Origin: Microgenomates group bacterium GW2011_GWC1_46_15 | GTDB lineage: Bacteria > Patescibacteriota > Microgenomatia > UBA1400 > UBA12028 | NCBI GenBank assembly: GCA_001002285.1 | Contig: LCLX01000001.1 | Coordinates: 64,030 to 128,029 of the forward strand | Direction of reading: 5' to 3' | DNA: 64,000 nt | Shown here: one piece after another, positions 1-9,719 of the stretch | How positions within the stretch are numbered: the stretch's first letter is position 1 | How the letters are laid out: each line of letters opens with the position of its first letter | The notes under the pieces: model-generated | What the model was told of the DNA's origin: nothing | Databases searched by the model: none | The model's input: only the letters and a program-made list of their open reading frames with translations | Position numbers and translations under genes: made by a program

Positions 1-1
1 T

Positions 2-1099
2 TTCGTGTTCGAACTTTTTTAGTTCAAAAACAAGCCCACCGGTCTTTTTAAGTTCGTCTAAAGCCTCCGGCATTTCTTTGAGGAGAAACTCTTGCGGTTT
101 TGTAAAATCAATTGGATATGCATGCAGCCCATCGTCTATCGCGACTACCGTATTTCCTGGACCGACAGTAACGGTTAATCCCGTAAAAGAACTAAGCGTA
201 TACACGGGGTATGTATCTGTTTTTTTTCTGAAAATAACCATCCACGATTGTTGATCCCGCCAACCAAGGTCAATTTCCGTACGAAACAACATTTTTTGTT
301 GTGCTGGTTGATCAGATTGCATCAACATACCATTTCTCGTTTGAACAACTTCATACCCACTCATGTCATACCCTTTTTCTTGTAAAAATTGTTGAGCTGC
401 TGTAATAGCTAGCTCTTTCGTCGGGGCGGGACCCTCTTGAGGTTTCGTAAAATACCGGTATCCATCATCAAACGCATTAATCGCCAATACTCTGTCAGTC
501 GTTTTAAACAGGAAAGATTGAGGATTCATGTTATCCAATCGTGTATGGGGTGTGTTTATTGAGAATTTTTTTGCAAGATCAGTTGCTTCTTGTTCTGAGT
601 ACTGTCCAAAAAAAATGGAGTAAATGGGAATGGTATGTGTTGTTTGCGCAAACGCTTGTTGAATAAACCGCATTGACTGTTGCTGTGGGATTTCAATCTT
701 TAAGTTTCTAATATGTGTACCATTTTCCTCACCAAGAGAATAAAGCGGAATGTCTTTTTTAACCCGGGGACTTGTTGGGGGAGTTGGAGCAGTAGAATTG
801 TTGCCCTGTTGATTTTCCTGTTGGCGAAGCAACTCTGAAAGCGGAAGTCCCTCAAAACTTGGTTTTACTTCCGTAAAAATTTGTTCAGTTAGTTTTTCAA
901 CAGGTTTATTTTTTTGAAACAAAAAGAAAAAAACAGCCGATAAGAAAGAAAAAATTGTAAGAAGTGTACAAGCAACAACAAATCGTTTATATAACCTAAT
1001 TCGAGACCAAATTGGTAATAACGTGGATTTTTCTTGTGCAGAAATTTGAAGTTTATCATCCTTGGGAGTCATAGAAATGTGTGGTACTTCTGATTCCAT
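2..1099 (-). CDS. Hypothetical membrane-anchored protein, truncated by window edge
   Basis: Read manually (not in ORF track): ATG at 1099, MESEVPHISM...; one hydrophobic helix (FVVACTLLTIFSFLSAVFFFLF) then a soluble region. No stop in the part I translated (to about nt 330); it appears to run off the window start. Confidence 0.7.
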   Translation of the reverse strand, partial: MESEVPHISMTPKDDKLQISAQEKSTLLPIWSRIRLYKRFVVACTLLTIFSFLSAVFFFLFQKNKPVEKLTEQIFTEVKPSFEGLPLSELLRQQENQQGNNSTAPTPPTSPRVKKDIPLYSLGEENGTHIRNLKIEIPQQQSMRFIQQAFAQTTHTIPIYSIFFGQYSEQEATDLAKKFSINTPHTRLDNMNPQSFLFKTTDRVLAINAFDDGYRYFTKPQEGPAPTKELAITAAQQFLQEKGYDMSGYEVVQTRNGMLMQSDQPAQQKMLFRTEIDLGWRDQQSWMVIFRKKTDTYPVYTLSSFTGLTVTVGPGNTVVAIDDGLHAYPIDFTKPQEFLLKEMPEALDELKKTGGLVFELKKFEHE

Positions 1100-1106
1100 A
1101 TTCACT

Positions 1107-1721
1107 CTATTTTTTCATCGACACATATCTCGCCTCAACCGCTTGCCAATCAACAACATTCCACCACGCGGTAACGTAATCCGGGCGCTTGTTTTGATAC
1201 TTCAAGTAATATGCGTGTTCCCATACATCCAAACCAAGAACGGGGAACTTGCCCTCACTCAATGGGTTGTCCTGGTTTGCGGTTGACATGATTGCCAGTG
1301 TTCCGACTGCATCGGCAACAAGCCACGCCCATCCACTTCCAAACCGCCCACCTGCTTCTGCGGCAAACTTTTCCTTAAACTGGTCAAATCCGCCAAATGT
1401 TTTTGTGATTGCTTCAGCCAAAGTACCAACGGGAACATCGCCTTTTCCTGGTCCCATAATGGTCCAGAACATCGAGTGGTTGTAGTGTCCGCCGCCGTGA
1501 TTTCGAACGGCGGTACGGATTGCCTCGGGAACCGTGTTTAAATCTTTCAACAGTTCTTCAATGGGTTTATTTTGCAGTTCTGGAGCCGATTCCAACGCTG
1601 CGTTCAATTTATCAATATACGCCTGGTGATGTTTTGTGTGATGGATTTCCATCGTCTGCGCGTCAATATGTGGCTCAAGCGCGTTATACGCGTACGAAAG
1701 TTTCGGAAGTGTGTGTGGCAT
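1107..1721 (-). CDS. sodA: Superoxide dismutase, Fe/Mn family (probably Mn)
   Basis: [30 protein letters not shown] motifs; GGAGG SD. Confidence 0.97.
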   Translation of the reverse strand: MPHTLPKLSYAYNALEPHIDAQTMEIHHTKHHQAYIDKLNAALESAPELQNKPIEELLKDLNTVPEAIRTAVRNHGGGHYNHSMFWTIMGPGKGDVPVGTLAEAITKTFGGFDQFKEKFAAEAGGRFGSGWAWLVADAVGTLAIMSTANQDNPLSEGKFPVLGLDVWEHAYYLKYQNKRPDYVTAWWNVVDWQAVEARYVSMKK

Positions 1722-1779
1722 GTAGCCTCCTGTAATAAAAATGTTTGTGGTTTATGTACATCTAGGATAGCATAGTTAT

Positions 1780-2664
1780 ATGACGCTGTCCGATATCCAG
1801 ACGAAAACCGGAAAATTTACAATTGCGGCGTGTGATCAACGCGCGTCGCTTGCGACAATGCTTGGCGTTGATCCGATGAGTGAATCGGGAAAGTCCACGC
1901 TCGAGCGCGTAAAAACGGTGTTCATGGAAACATTTTCTCCGATATGTTCTGGGGTGTTAGTTGATCCCGAGTTTGGCATGCCGAGCTTGGAGAAAAAGGG
2001 AAGGTCGGGCCTTTTGCTTACGCTCGAGAAACCACCATATAGTTCGTTTAATCCAGACGACATTCCAGATCTGTATGATGACGGTCTATATGGGAAGGTT
2101 GGGCCTTTTGCTGGGAATGGAACTGCGGCGGCAAAAATACTCCTGTGGTACAACCCATTAAGCAAAAACGCAGAGCTAAAACAACAGCTTATTCAGGAAC
2201 TGTATAAACAGGCGCAGTCCGCACACACGCCATTTTTGCTGGAAATTTTACTTCATCCACTTGAAAAAAAGTTTCGTTCTAGTGAAGAAGCGTTTAAGCT
2301 TCAACTAGAAACGGTGCACACATTTGCAAACCAGTGCGATGTATTAAAACTTGAAGCTCCCGCACTGCCAAGCGAACCATTAGATATTCCAGCCTTTGAA
2401 AAGCGGTGCACTCAAATTACACAAGAGATGAAAAAACATTCTGGCACAAAAACAACGCCATGGATTTTACTTACCCGTGGCACAGCATACGAGCGGTTTT
2501 TGCTTGCACTCCAACTTGCGATGAAACATGGCGCAAGCGGATTTGCCGCCGGCCGCGCAGTATGGAAAGAGTTCGCAGAGTTTCCGACGGAAGAAGAGCA
2601 GTTCAAGTTTATCCGCACGGTCGCGCGCAAGCGCATGGAAAAACTCATTGAAATTGTTGTTTAA
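1780..2664 (+). CDS. Class I aldolase, tagatose-1,6-bisphosphate aldolase (LacD)-like
   Basis: AACDQRASL, VLVDPEFG, DVLKLE (Schiff-base Lys), GASGFAAGRAVW. Confidence 0.85.
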   Translation: MTLSDIQTKTGKFTIAACDQRASLATMLGVDPMSESGKSTLERVKTVFMETFSPICSGVLVDPEFGMPSLEKKGRSGLLLTLEKPPYSSFNPDDIPDLYDDGLYGKVGPFAGNGTAAAKILLWYNPLSKNAELKQQLIQELYKQAQSAHTPFLLEILLHPLEKKFRSSEEAFKLQLETVHTFANQCDVLKLEAPALPSEPLDIPAFEKRCTQITQEMKKHSGTKTTPWILLTRGTAYERFLLALQLAMKHGASGFAAGRAVWKEFAEFPTEEEQFKFIRTVARKRMEKLIEIVV

Positions 2665-2694
2665 CCGTACTTGCCCGCCCGCGAAATATATGGC

Positions 2695-3720
2695 ATGAAC
2701 AAAAAACTTTTACACACAGTGTTGTTTGCTTGGTTCCGCAAACACGGGCGCATTTTGCCTTGGCGCATGCGGGAATTATCAGCATTGCATAAAGCAAAAA
2801 AAATCAGCAAAACAAAAGTATCCGTACTTCGCGACTCAACCATTGCCAGCTACTTCACGACGAAATGGAATCGCGATCCATACACGATTATTGTTTCCGA
2901 ACTCATGCTCCAGCAAACGCAGGTAGACCGCGTGCTGCCGAAATTTGAATCGTTTATCCGCAAATGGCCAACAGTTCACGATCTTTCCAAAGCAAAACTT
3001 TCTGAGGTGTTGATTGAGTGGAAGGGTTTAGGATACAATCGCCGCGCAAAATTTCTGCATGAAATGGCTCACGCAGTTGTTCATACCCATAAGGGAAACT
3101 TCCCGAAAACCGAAGAAGAACTACGGAAACTTTCCGGCGTTGGCGAGTACACCGCGCGCGCAGTTCTGACATTCGCGTATGGAAAAGATATCGGTGTTGT
3201 AGATACAAATATCCGGCGCATATTTTCCCGCGTCATGTTTGGGAAAGAAGCGGGGCAAGTTGATATTTCCACCAAAGAATTTTTTGCAGTTATTGATCAA
3301 TCCGTGCCGCGCGGGAAAGGTGATCCGTGGAATCAAGCACTGATGGATTTTGGCGCACTTGTGTGTACGGCTAAGGCCCCAAAATGTGATGTGTGCCCGC
3401 TCCAAACGGTGTGTATAGCGAATCTTTCTGAACAAAAACACGGATTCAGAAACTATGCTGATTCACTCGCAACAAAAAACAAAAAAATCAACATAAAAAA
3501 GAGTGGGGCGAAAAAAATTCCGTTTAAACAAGCCGACCGGTACTTTCGCGGAAAAGTTATTGATATATTACGCGATGGCCATCAGCATATGGAAAAACTT
3601 TATCAGCAAGTAGAGCGTGATCATAAACTCCGTGATAAAAAACGGTGGGGAAATATTATTGAAAGCCTCATGATTGATGGGCTTATTGCTATTCGCGGCT
3701 CGACAGTGTCATTAGCATAA
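2695..3720 (+). CDS. mutY: A/G-specific adenine DNA glycosylase
   Basis: LPWR, VSELMLQQTQV, WKGLGYNRRA, HhH LSGVGEYTA, VDTN, 4Fe-4S CxxxxxxCxxCxxxxxC; start placed at ATG 2695. Confidence 0.9.
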   Translation: MNKKLLHTVLFAWFRKHGRILPWRMRELSALHKAKKISKTKVSVLRDSTIASYFTTKWNRDPYTIIVSELMLQQTQVDRVLPKFESFIRKWPTVHDLSKAKLSEVLIEWKGLGYNRRAKFLHEMAHAVVHTHKGNFPKTEEELRKLSGVGEYTARAVLTFAYGKDIGVVDTNIRRIFSRVMFGKEAGQVDISTKEFFAVIDQSVPRGKGDPWNQALMDFGALVCTAKAPKCDVCPLQTVCIANLSEQKHGFRNYADSLATKNKKINIKKSGAKKIPFKQADRYFRGKVIDILRDGHQHMEKLYQQVERDHKLRDKKRWGNIIESLMIDGLIAIRGSTVSLA

Positions 3721-3781
3721 AAAGGAGGAGGAAGGAAGATAGTCTTGCAAACCACACCGCTTTTCTTTACCCTACACACGT

Positions 3782-4372
3782 ATGCAGTATGTTTTCCTAG
3801 ACGTTGAGACACAAAAATCTTTTGACCAGGTTGGAGGCAACTTCCCTGACCGCCTCGGCATCTCCTACGTTGGGATCTGCGTGCGAAACGGCTCATCCGG
3901 TAAAGGAGAAATGCAAGGATTTTTTGAGCAGGATCTTCCCAAGTTGTGGCCGATTCTCGAACACGCCGACGTCATCGTCGGATTCAACATTATTACGTTT
4001 GATTTTGAAGCGCTCCGTCCGTACTACACGGGCAATATCCGTGAGTGGCCGGTGCTTGATTTGCTTGACCGCGTAAAAGACTCAACTGGCCACCGCGTGA
4101 GCTTGGACTCAATTGCAACACAAACCCTCGGAGTGCAAAAAAGCGGTTCGGGACTGGACGCATTAGAGTACTATGCAAAAAAACAGTTCGACAAACTATC
4201 CATGTATTGTTTGAAAGACGTTGAGATCACGCGCGATGTGTATGACTATGGTGCCTCAAAAGGAAACATTAAATTTTTGAATAAGTGGAATCGGCTCATT
4301 GAAGCAAAAATAGATTTTGGGTTTGCGCCCAAAAAACACGTTGGTGTGCAGATGACACTCATGGGGGCATAG
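3782..4372 (+). CDS. RNase H-like/DEDD 3'-5' exonuclease domain protein (RNase_H_2/YprB-like)
   Basis: FLDVET, VGFNIITFD, YCLKDV acidic motifs. Confidence 0.8.
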   Translation: MQYVFLDVETQKSFDQVGGNFPDRLGISYVGICVRNGSSGKGEMQGFFEQDLPKLWPILEHADVIVGFNIITFDFEALRPYYTGNIREWPVLDLLDRVKDSTGHRVSLDSIATQTLGVQKSGSGLDALEYYAKKQFDKLSMYCLKDVEITRDVYDYGASKGNIKFLNKWNRLIEAKIDFGFAPKKHVGVQMTLMGA

Positions 4373-4407
4373 TCGAGTTGGCACACCCTCAGGTTTATAC
4401 TATGACC

Positions 4408-4977
4408 ATGGCAAAACTTTCAGAGTACAAAGGAAAGCGGTGTTTAACCGCTTCCGGCTGGCTGATTTACAACGATAAAGTCTTGTTTGTGAAACATGCG
4501 TTGTTAGGCATTTGGCTTTCCCCCGGTGGCCATGTTGAAGAACACGAGCTCCCGCACCTCGCCGCGGAACGCGAGTTTTTTGAAGAAACGGGGATTCAGG
4601 TGAAGGTGGTGAGCGCGCACCCGGAAGTTGTGTCTGCGCCGGAAACAGAAAATTTGCCACTCCCATTTGTGTATAACGTACACTGGATTAATCCGCCAGG
4701 TCAAGCAAAACCCAGTCCAACCACAGGAAAAATTTGTGAACAGCACTATGTGTTTGGATTTTTTGTTGAACCTGTTAGCAACATGGCCGATATAAAAATC
4801 AGCGATAAAGGGGTTGAAGAAGTGCGGTGGTTTTCACGCAAAGAACTTGCGGATGTGCAGACAACGAACACAATCCGCAATGAGGCGTACTATGCGTTTG
4901 ACCGGCATCCTTCCGCAAAGAAAAACTCAACATCATCCCACCGGGCTATGGCTGCCCGCAAATCAGGCAAACATTGA
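4408..4977 (+). CDS. NUDIX hydrolase
   Basis: Nudix box GGHVEEHELPHLAAEREFFEETG; start uncertain (4402 or 4408). Confidence 0.9.
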   Translation: MAKLSEYKGKRCLTASGWLIYNDKVLFVKHALLGIWLSPGGHVEEHELPHLAAEREFFEETGIQVKVVSAHPEVVSAPETENLPLPFVYNVHWINPPGQAKPSPTTGKICEQHYVFGFFVEPVSNMADIKISDKGVEEVRWFSRKELADVQTTNTIRNEAYYAFDRHPSAKKNSTSSHRAMAARKSGKH

Positions 4978-5010
4978 TCTCTTCCTGTACAATACTTGCT
5001 CAAAGCGCCT

Positions 5011-5739
5011 ATGTTGAAGATTACAAACCTCCACGTTTTTGTTGAAAAAACACCGATTCTTTCCGGCGTTTCGTTGGTGGTAAAACCTGGCGAGGTACAC
5101 GCCATTATGGGGCCAAACGGAAGTGGAAAGTCCACGCTGGCGTATACATTGGCCGGCCATCCAAAATATAGCGTCACGAAGGGTAATGTAAAACTGGACA
5201 AGCACAACCTTCTTGAAATGACTCCAGACGAGCGTGCCCGTGCGGGGTTATTTTTGGCATTCCAGTATCCCGTGGAAATTGGCGGCGTTTCTGTACAGAA
5301 CTTCTTGCGCGCGGCATACGAAGCAAAGTTTGGTCCGCTCAAAAGCATTGTAGAGTTCCGCGAAATATTGCGGATTGAAGGGGAGAAAGTTGGAGTAAAA
5401 AAAGAGTTGTTAGAGCGCAATGTAAACGAAGGATTTTCTGGTGGTGAAAAAAAGCGGTTGGAGATTTTGCAGATGATGGTGTTAAAACCGAGCGTTGCTG
5501 TGTTGGATGAAACCGATTCAGGTCTTGACGTTGACGCGATTAAAACCGTTGCTCGCGGAGTTCGCGCAGTGATTGCCGCGCACAATACTGGAGTGATTGT
5601 GATTACGCATTATCAGCGTATCTTAAAATACCTTGAACCCGAGTTTGTGCACGTGATGGTAAAGGGAAATATTGTCAAAAGCGGCGGACAGAAATTTGGT
5701 GAAGAGTTAGAAAAAAACGGATATACATCGTATGTCTAG
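5011..5739 (+). CDS. sufC: Fe-S cluster assembly ATPase SufC
   Basis: HAIMGPNGSGKST, FLAFQYP, VNEGFSGGEKKRLEILQ, LDETDSGLD. Confidence 0.97.
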   Translation: MLKITNLHVFVEKTPILSGVSLVVKPGEVHAIMGPNGSGKSTLAYTLAGHPKYSVTKGNVKLDKHNLLEMTPDERARAGLFLAFQYPVEIGGVSVQNFLRAAYEAKFGPLKSIVEFREILRIEGEKVGVKKELLERNVNEGFSGGEKKRLEILQMMVLKPSVAVLDETDSGLDVDAIKTVARGVRAVIAAHNTGVIVITHYQRILKYLEPEFVHVMVKGNIVKSGGQKFGEELEKNGYTSYV

Positions 5740-8278
5740 ATTCGCTCCGATTAAACAACAGAAAAAACTCAAACTTCCCACAGATCCTGGTTACGCCTAC
5801 GGCTTCTCCGATCCAACAAACACGTATGCGTTTATCGAAAAACCCGGCCTTTCTCAAAGTGTTGTTGAAAATATTTCGAGTATGAAGGGCGAGCCAACAT
5901 GGATGCGGACAAAGCGCCTAGAGGCACTTAAGATTTTTCAATCAAAGTCCATGCCTCCTTGGGGCCCAAAACTCAACATAAACTTTGACGCGGTTCACTA
6001 TTACCTCAAGCCGGTTCAGCAGGAAACACAAAAATGGGAGGACGTTCCGGAGTACATTAAAAAAACATTTGACCGGCTTGGTACCCCGCAGGCTGAGCGT
6101 GAGTACTTGGCTGGTGTGAAAAATCAATTTGATTCAGAAGTTGTGCAGGGGAGCCTCAAAGACGTGTGGAAAAAACAGGGTGTCGTGTTTTTATCAATGG
6201 ATGAGGGACTGCGCCAGTATCCGGATTTGGTCCGTGAGTACTTTGGCAAAGTTATTCCGGTTGGCGACAACACATTCGCGGCGCTCAACACTTCGGTATG
6301 GAGTGGTGGTTCATTCGTGTACGTGCCGAAAGGCGTTGAAGTCACTTTTCCTTTGCAAGCGTACTTCCGTATTAACTCGCCCAACGCGGGGCAGTTTGAG
6401 CGCACGCTGATTATTGCCGATGAAGGGGCAAAAGTTTCGTACATTGAGGGATGTACTTCGCCGAGTTTTTCTTCTTCAAGCCTCCATTCCGCGGTCGTTG
6501 AAATTTTTGTGAAAAAAGGCGCGCGCGTGCAGTACACCACCGTGCAGAATTGGTATAAGCACGTGTACAACTTAGTAACAAAACGCGCGTTTGTGGAAGA
6601 AGAAGGCGAAATGATTTGGACAGATTTTAATATGGGCTGTTTAAGCGAGAGTTCTCGTTTATTTATAAAGGGAAGAGGATGTATTTCTATTAAAGATGTA
6701 AAAGCGGGAGACATTATTTGGTCTGTTGATATGCCGAACTTACAACCAATACAATCTCGCGTTATAGCATCAAAAATGACTGGAGTAAAACAAATTTTTC
6801 TCTTGGAAACAGAAAATCATCGTGAAATTGAAGCAACGAGTAATCATCCATTTCTTGTTCTCTCTCACGAGTCTGTGATGAAACATTATCAAACACTTCA
6901 ATGGAAGCAATTAAAAGATATTAAAGTAGGAGACTACATAGGAACGTCTAAGGGGCTTACAGATATATACCAAAGCAAACAATTGGAGTTTCATTTTACC
7001 AAAAAAAGAAAAACAAACAAAGTTATACATGACCCAACAATTCCTTCTAGCACATCAGAAAAATTGATGTGGATTATTGGTGCATATATGGGAGATGGGT
7101 ATTGTGAAAAGAATTCAAAAAAACAGTGGATTCGTGTATATTTTGCCATTCCCCCAAAGGATAAAATCAGGAAAAAAATGGAAAATACCCTTCAGGAAAT
7201 ATTTCATGTACTTCCGAAACCAAAAGGAATCTGTCTCACAATTCCTTCCATCATTGTTGCTGAATTTTTCCGTAGTTTACAACTCGGTGATACTGCAAAA
7301 ACCAAAAGAATTCCCTTTTGGATATATGAACTTCCGTTAAAAGAGAGACTTGCTTTTATTGAAGGGTACATGGATACAGACGGATCTGTCCGGGGAAATA
7401 AAAAAGACAAAAATGGTATACAACTTGGCCAAATTATATTTGCAAGCGTTCATAAATTATTACTTGAAGATTTGAAATTACTTATGATTAGTTGTGGTCT
7501 AAATCCACTTAAAATTTCTACATATACAAAGTTTCGAACATTATATAAAGGTAAATGGAAATACTACACATGTCACTTTCTCACGCACAATATTAGAGAT
7601 TACTTAACTTATATTAGGAGAAACGTTGAAGTACCGTCTCCTAGGATTGAATTTGTTCGAGTTGTGTCGATTATTCCACAGGGGAAAGAAAAAACATACG
7701 ATCTAGAAATTAAAGGAACATCTAATTTTATTGCAAATGGAATTATTGTTCATAATAGCAAGCTCACAATGAAGTATCCCTCGTTCATTTTGGCGGGCAA
7801 GGGTGCAAAAGGAGAAACGCTTTCTATGGCGTTGGCGGGTGCTGGCCAACACTTGGATACAGGGAGCAAAGCGATTCATCTCGCGCCATACACGTCGTCA
7901 ACGATTATCAGCAAATCTATTAGCAAAGACGGCGGGCGGACAAGTTACCGCGGGTTGGTGAGTATTGGCCCGAACGCGCACGGAAGCAAAAACAAGGTTG
8001 TGTGTGACGCACTTATTTTAGATTCACAGTCGCGGTCCGACACATACCCAACCGAACGCGTTTTGACGAACGACGTTTCGTTGGAGCACGAGGCAACGGT
8101 CTCAAAAATTGGCGAAGAACAACTCTTTTATTTGATGAGTCGCGGGCTTACAGAAGAACAGGCAAGCAAAATGATCGTGCGTGGCTTTGCCGAACCGTTG
8201 GTACGCAAACTGCCGCTTGAGTTTGCAGTAGAAATGAATCGGCTGATCGATATGGAAATGGAAGGATCGGTGGGATGA
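5732..8278 (+). CDS. sufB: Fe-S cluster scaffold SufB, intein-containing
   Basis: VWSGGSFVYVPKG, GQFERTLIIA, YIEGC, YNLVTKRA, TMKYPS, EHEATVSKI; extein totals 475 aa after removing the intein. Confidence 0.96.
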   Translation: MSRFAPIKQQKKLKLPTDPGYAYGFSDPTNTYAFIEKPGLSQSVVENISSMKGEPTWMRTKRLEALKIFQSKSMPPWGPKLNINFDAVHYYLKPVQQETQKWEDVPEYIKKTFDRLGTPQAEREYLAGVKNQFDSEVVQGSLKDVWKKQGVVFLSMDEGLRQYPDLVREYFGKVIPVGDNTFAALNTSVWSGGSFVYVPKGVEVTFPLQAYFRINSPNAGQFERTLIIADEGAKVSYIEGCTSPSFSSSSLHSAVVEIFVKKGARVQYTTVQNWYKHVYNLVTKRAFVEEEGEMIWTDFNMGCLSESSRLFIKGRGCISIKDVKAGDIIWSVDMPNLQPIQSRVIASKMTGVKQIFLLETENHREIEATSNHPFLVLSHESVMKHYQTLQWKQLKDIKVGDYIGTSKGLTDIYQSKQLEFHFTKKRKTNKVIHDPTIPSSTSEKLMWIIGAYMGDGYCEKNSKKQWIRVYFAIPPKDKIRKKMENTLQEIFHVLPKPKGICLTIPSIIVAEFFRSLQLGDTAKTKRIPFWIYELPLKERLAFIEGYMDTDGSVRGNKKDKNGIQLGQIIFASVHKLLLEDLKLLMISCGLNPLKISTYTKFRTLYKGKWKYYTCHFLTHNIRDYLTYIRRNVEVPSPRIEFVRVVSIIPQGKEKTYDLEIKGTSNFIANGIIVHNSKLTMKYPSFILAGKGAKGETLSMALAGAGQHLDTGSKAIHLAPYTSSTIISKSISKDGGRTSYRGLVSIGPNAHGSKNKVVCDALILDSQSRSDTYPTERVLTNDVSLEHEATVSKIGEEQLFYLMSRGLTEEQASKMIVRGFAEPLVRKLPLEFAVEMNRLIDMEMEGSVG
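6638..7756 (+). mobile_element. Intein with LAGLIDADG homing endonuclease (373 aa) in SufB
   Basis: N-junction NMG|CLSESS, block B ATSNHPF, LAGLIDADG-like LMWIIGAYMGDG and FIEGYMDTDGS, block F TYDLEI, C-junction VHN|S; AT-rich relative to flanks. Confidence 0.95.
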
Positions 8279-8751
8279 ACGCACAAAAGAAAAATATTAT
8301 TGATGTATCAGGGAAATCAGGCAGGTATGAAGTTATCCTAAACCGCGCTGGGATGGAAGTGAAGATTATTGGCGCGTTCCATCTCGCTGGAAATACCAAG
8401 CATGAGTTATCGCTGTTTATTGTGCATAAGGCACCAAGAACGCGCGCGGAAACAGAGTTGCGGGGAGTTGTTGAAGGCCACGCATCGCTCACATTATCCG
8501 GCACGATTATCATTGAAAAAAAAGCGCAAAAAAGCGAGTCATTTTTGCGGGAAAAAGTATTATTGCTTTCACCGACAGCGAAAGCAGAAGCAGTCCCCAA
8601 TCTAGAAATTTTGGCAGATGACGTAAAATGTTCACATGCCGCGACAATGTCGAATATTTCAGAAGAGCAGATTTTTTACCTGATGAGCCGTGGACTCACA
8701 CGCAAAAAAGCAGAAAAAATGATTGTTGAAGGATTCTTGCAGATTGGTTAA
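8275..8751 (+). CDS. sufD: Short SufD-like protein (C-terminal beta-helix only)
   Basis: AEAVPNLEILADDVKCSHAAT, IFYLMSRGL; ATGA overlap with the sufB stop. Confidence 0.85.
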   Translation: MNAQKKNIIDVSGKSGRYEVILNRAGMEVKIIGAFHLAGNTKHELSLFIVHKAPRTRAETELRGVVEGHASLTLSGTIIIEKKAQKSESFLREKVLLLSPTAKAEAVPNLEILADDVKCSHAATMSNISEEQIFYLMSRGLTRKKAEKMIVEGFLQIG

Positions 8752-9680
8752 TGGAATAGTGATAACACTCTTGGTTCCGGGAACACAACCGGCAGTGGCG
8801 AAAACCCTTCTTTGAACACGGTAAATCCTTTCCACCCCTTATATGTTTTTGGATACCGCTCATCGTATACTCCGCCAAAATCAAAAATCTGGCAACCCTC
8901 GGCCTTACTTTGAAGCATGGCATACCAAGTGAGCGCGGTAGGAGCGTGGGAAGCAAAACCCTCTGGTAAAGCACAAGCGCAGTAGTACGTAGCCATCTTT
9001 TCCCACACTGGAACGTACAACGCAGCGGCAAGTATGTTTCCGAGGTGGGCGGTGTACACATGGCCGTGTCCAGTAAAGTTGCGGACGAAATGGTGAAGAA
9101 AATCCTCAGGGAAACTTAATGCGTGTGGGCGGGATCGACGCCATTTTTTTTGAAGGTCGAAAAGTTCCTGTAAAACAGCGGGAGTGCATTTGGCAAACGA
9201 GATACGCGAAAGTTTCAACAGCCCTTTGCGTTGAGTGAGACCGATGTTATATCGCATCTTTTGTTTCATTTGGCTGAGTAATTGAGCTTCGGATAATCGC
9301 AGATCAATGAGCATGGTCTTGGAGTGTGCGAGTGGAGTGCATTGTTTTTTTATCCCATATCTAGCGAGCGTTGTATCCCAAACCGCATGATGTCCGGGCA
9401 AGTATGTGAGTTTTTTCTTTCCATACTGGAGTGCAACAGCGGGCTCTAACTGGAATAGCAATACGCGTTCTTTTTTCTGAACAAACCACAAAAAATTAGG
9501 ATCGAATGTGTCAAAGTGTTGGGCCTTGGCAAACGCGACTGGTCCAATCCGGCGCACAAACACTTGATTTCCGGGTTTACCATACACCTGCCAATGAATA
9601 TCGCGCATAATCTGTGCATGCATCGGTGTTTGATGGAGATCATGCTTCGTTGCAAAGAGGGTAAAAAGGTTTTGCGGCAT
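8748..9680 (-). CDS. FemAB/FemX-like peptidoglycan interpeptide-bridge aminoacyltransferase
   Basis: MLIDLRLSEAQLLSQMKQKMRYNI, APTALTWYAM, FDFGG, GFTVFKEGF. Confidence 0.85.
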   Translation of the reverse strand: MPQNLFTLFATKHDLHQTPMHAQIMRDIHWQVYGKPGNQVFVRRIGPVAFAKAQHFDTFDPNFLWFVQKKERVLLFQLEPAVALQYGKKKLTYLPGHHAVWDTTLARYGIKKQCTPLAHSKTMLIDLRLSEAQLLSQMKQKMRYNIGLTQRKGLLKLSRISFAKCTPAVLQELFDLQKKWRRSRPHALSFPEDFLHHFVRNFTGHGHVYTAHLGNILAAALYVPVWEKMATYYCACALPEGFASHAPTALTWYAMLQSKAEGCQIFDFGGVYDERYPKTYKGWKGFTVFKEGFSPLPVVFPEPRVLSLFH

Positions 9681-9719
9681 AAAAATGGCCTGTGCGAGTA
9701 TAGCGAGTATAATCGGGGT

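Noticed and set aside
9516-9719. 68-aa N-terminal extension of SufS in the ORF track
   Set aside because: It overlaps the FemX-like gene; homology and a -10 box point to ATG 9720.
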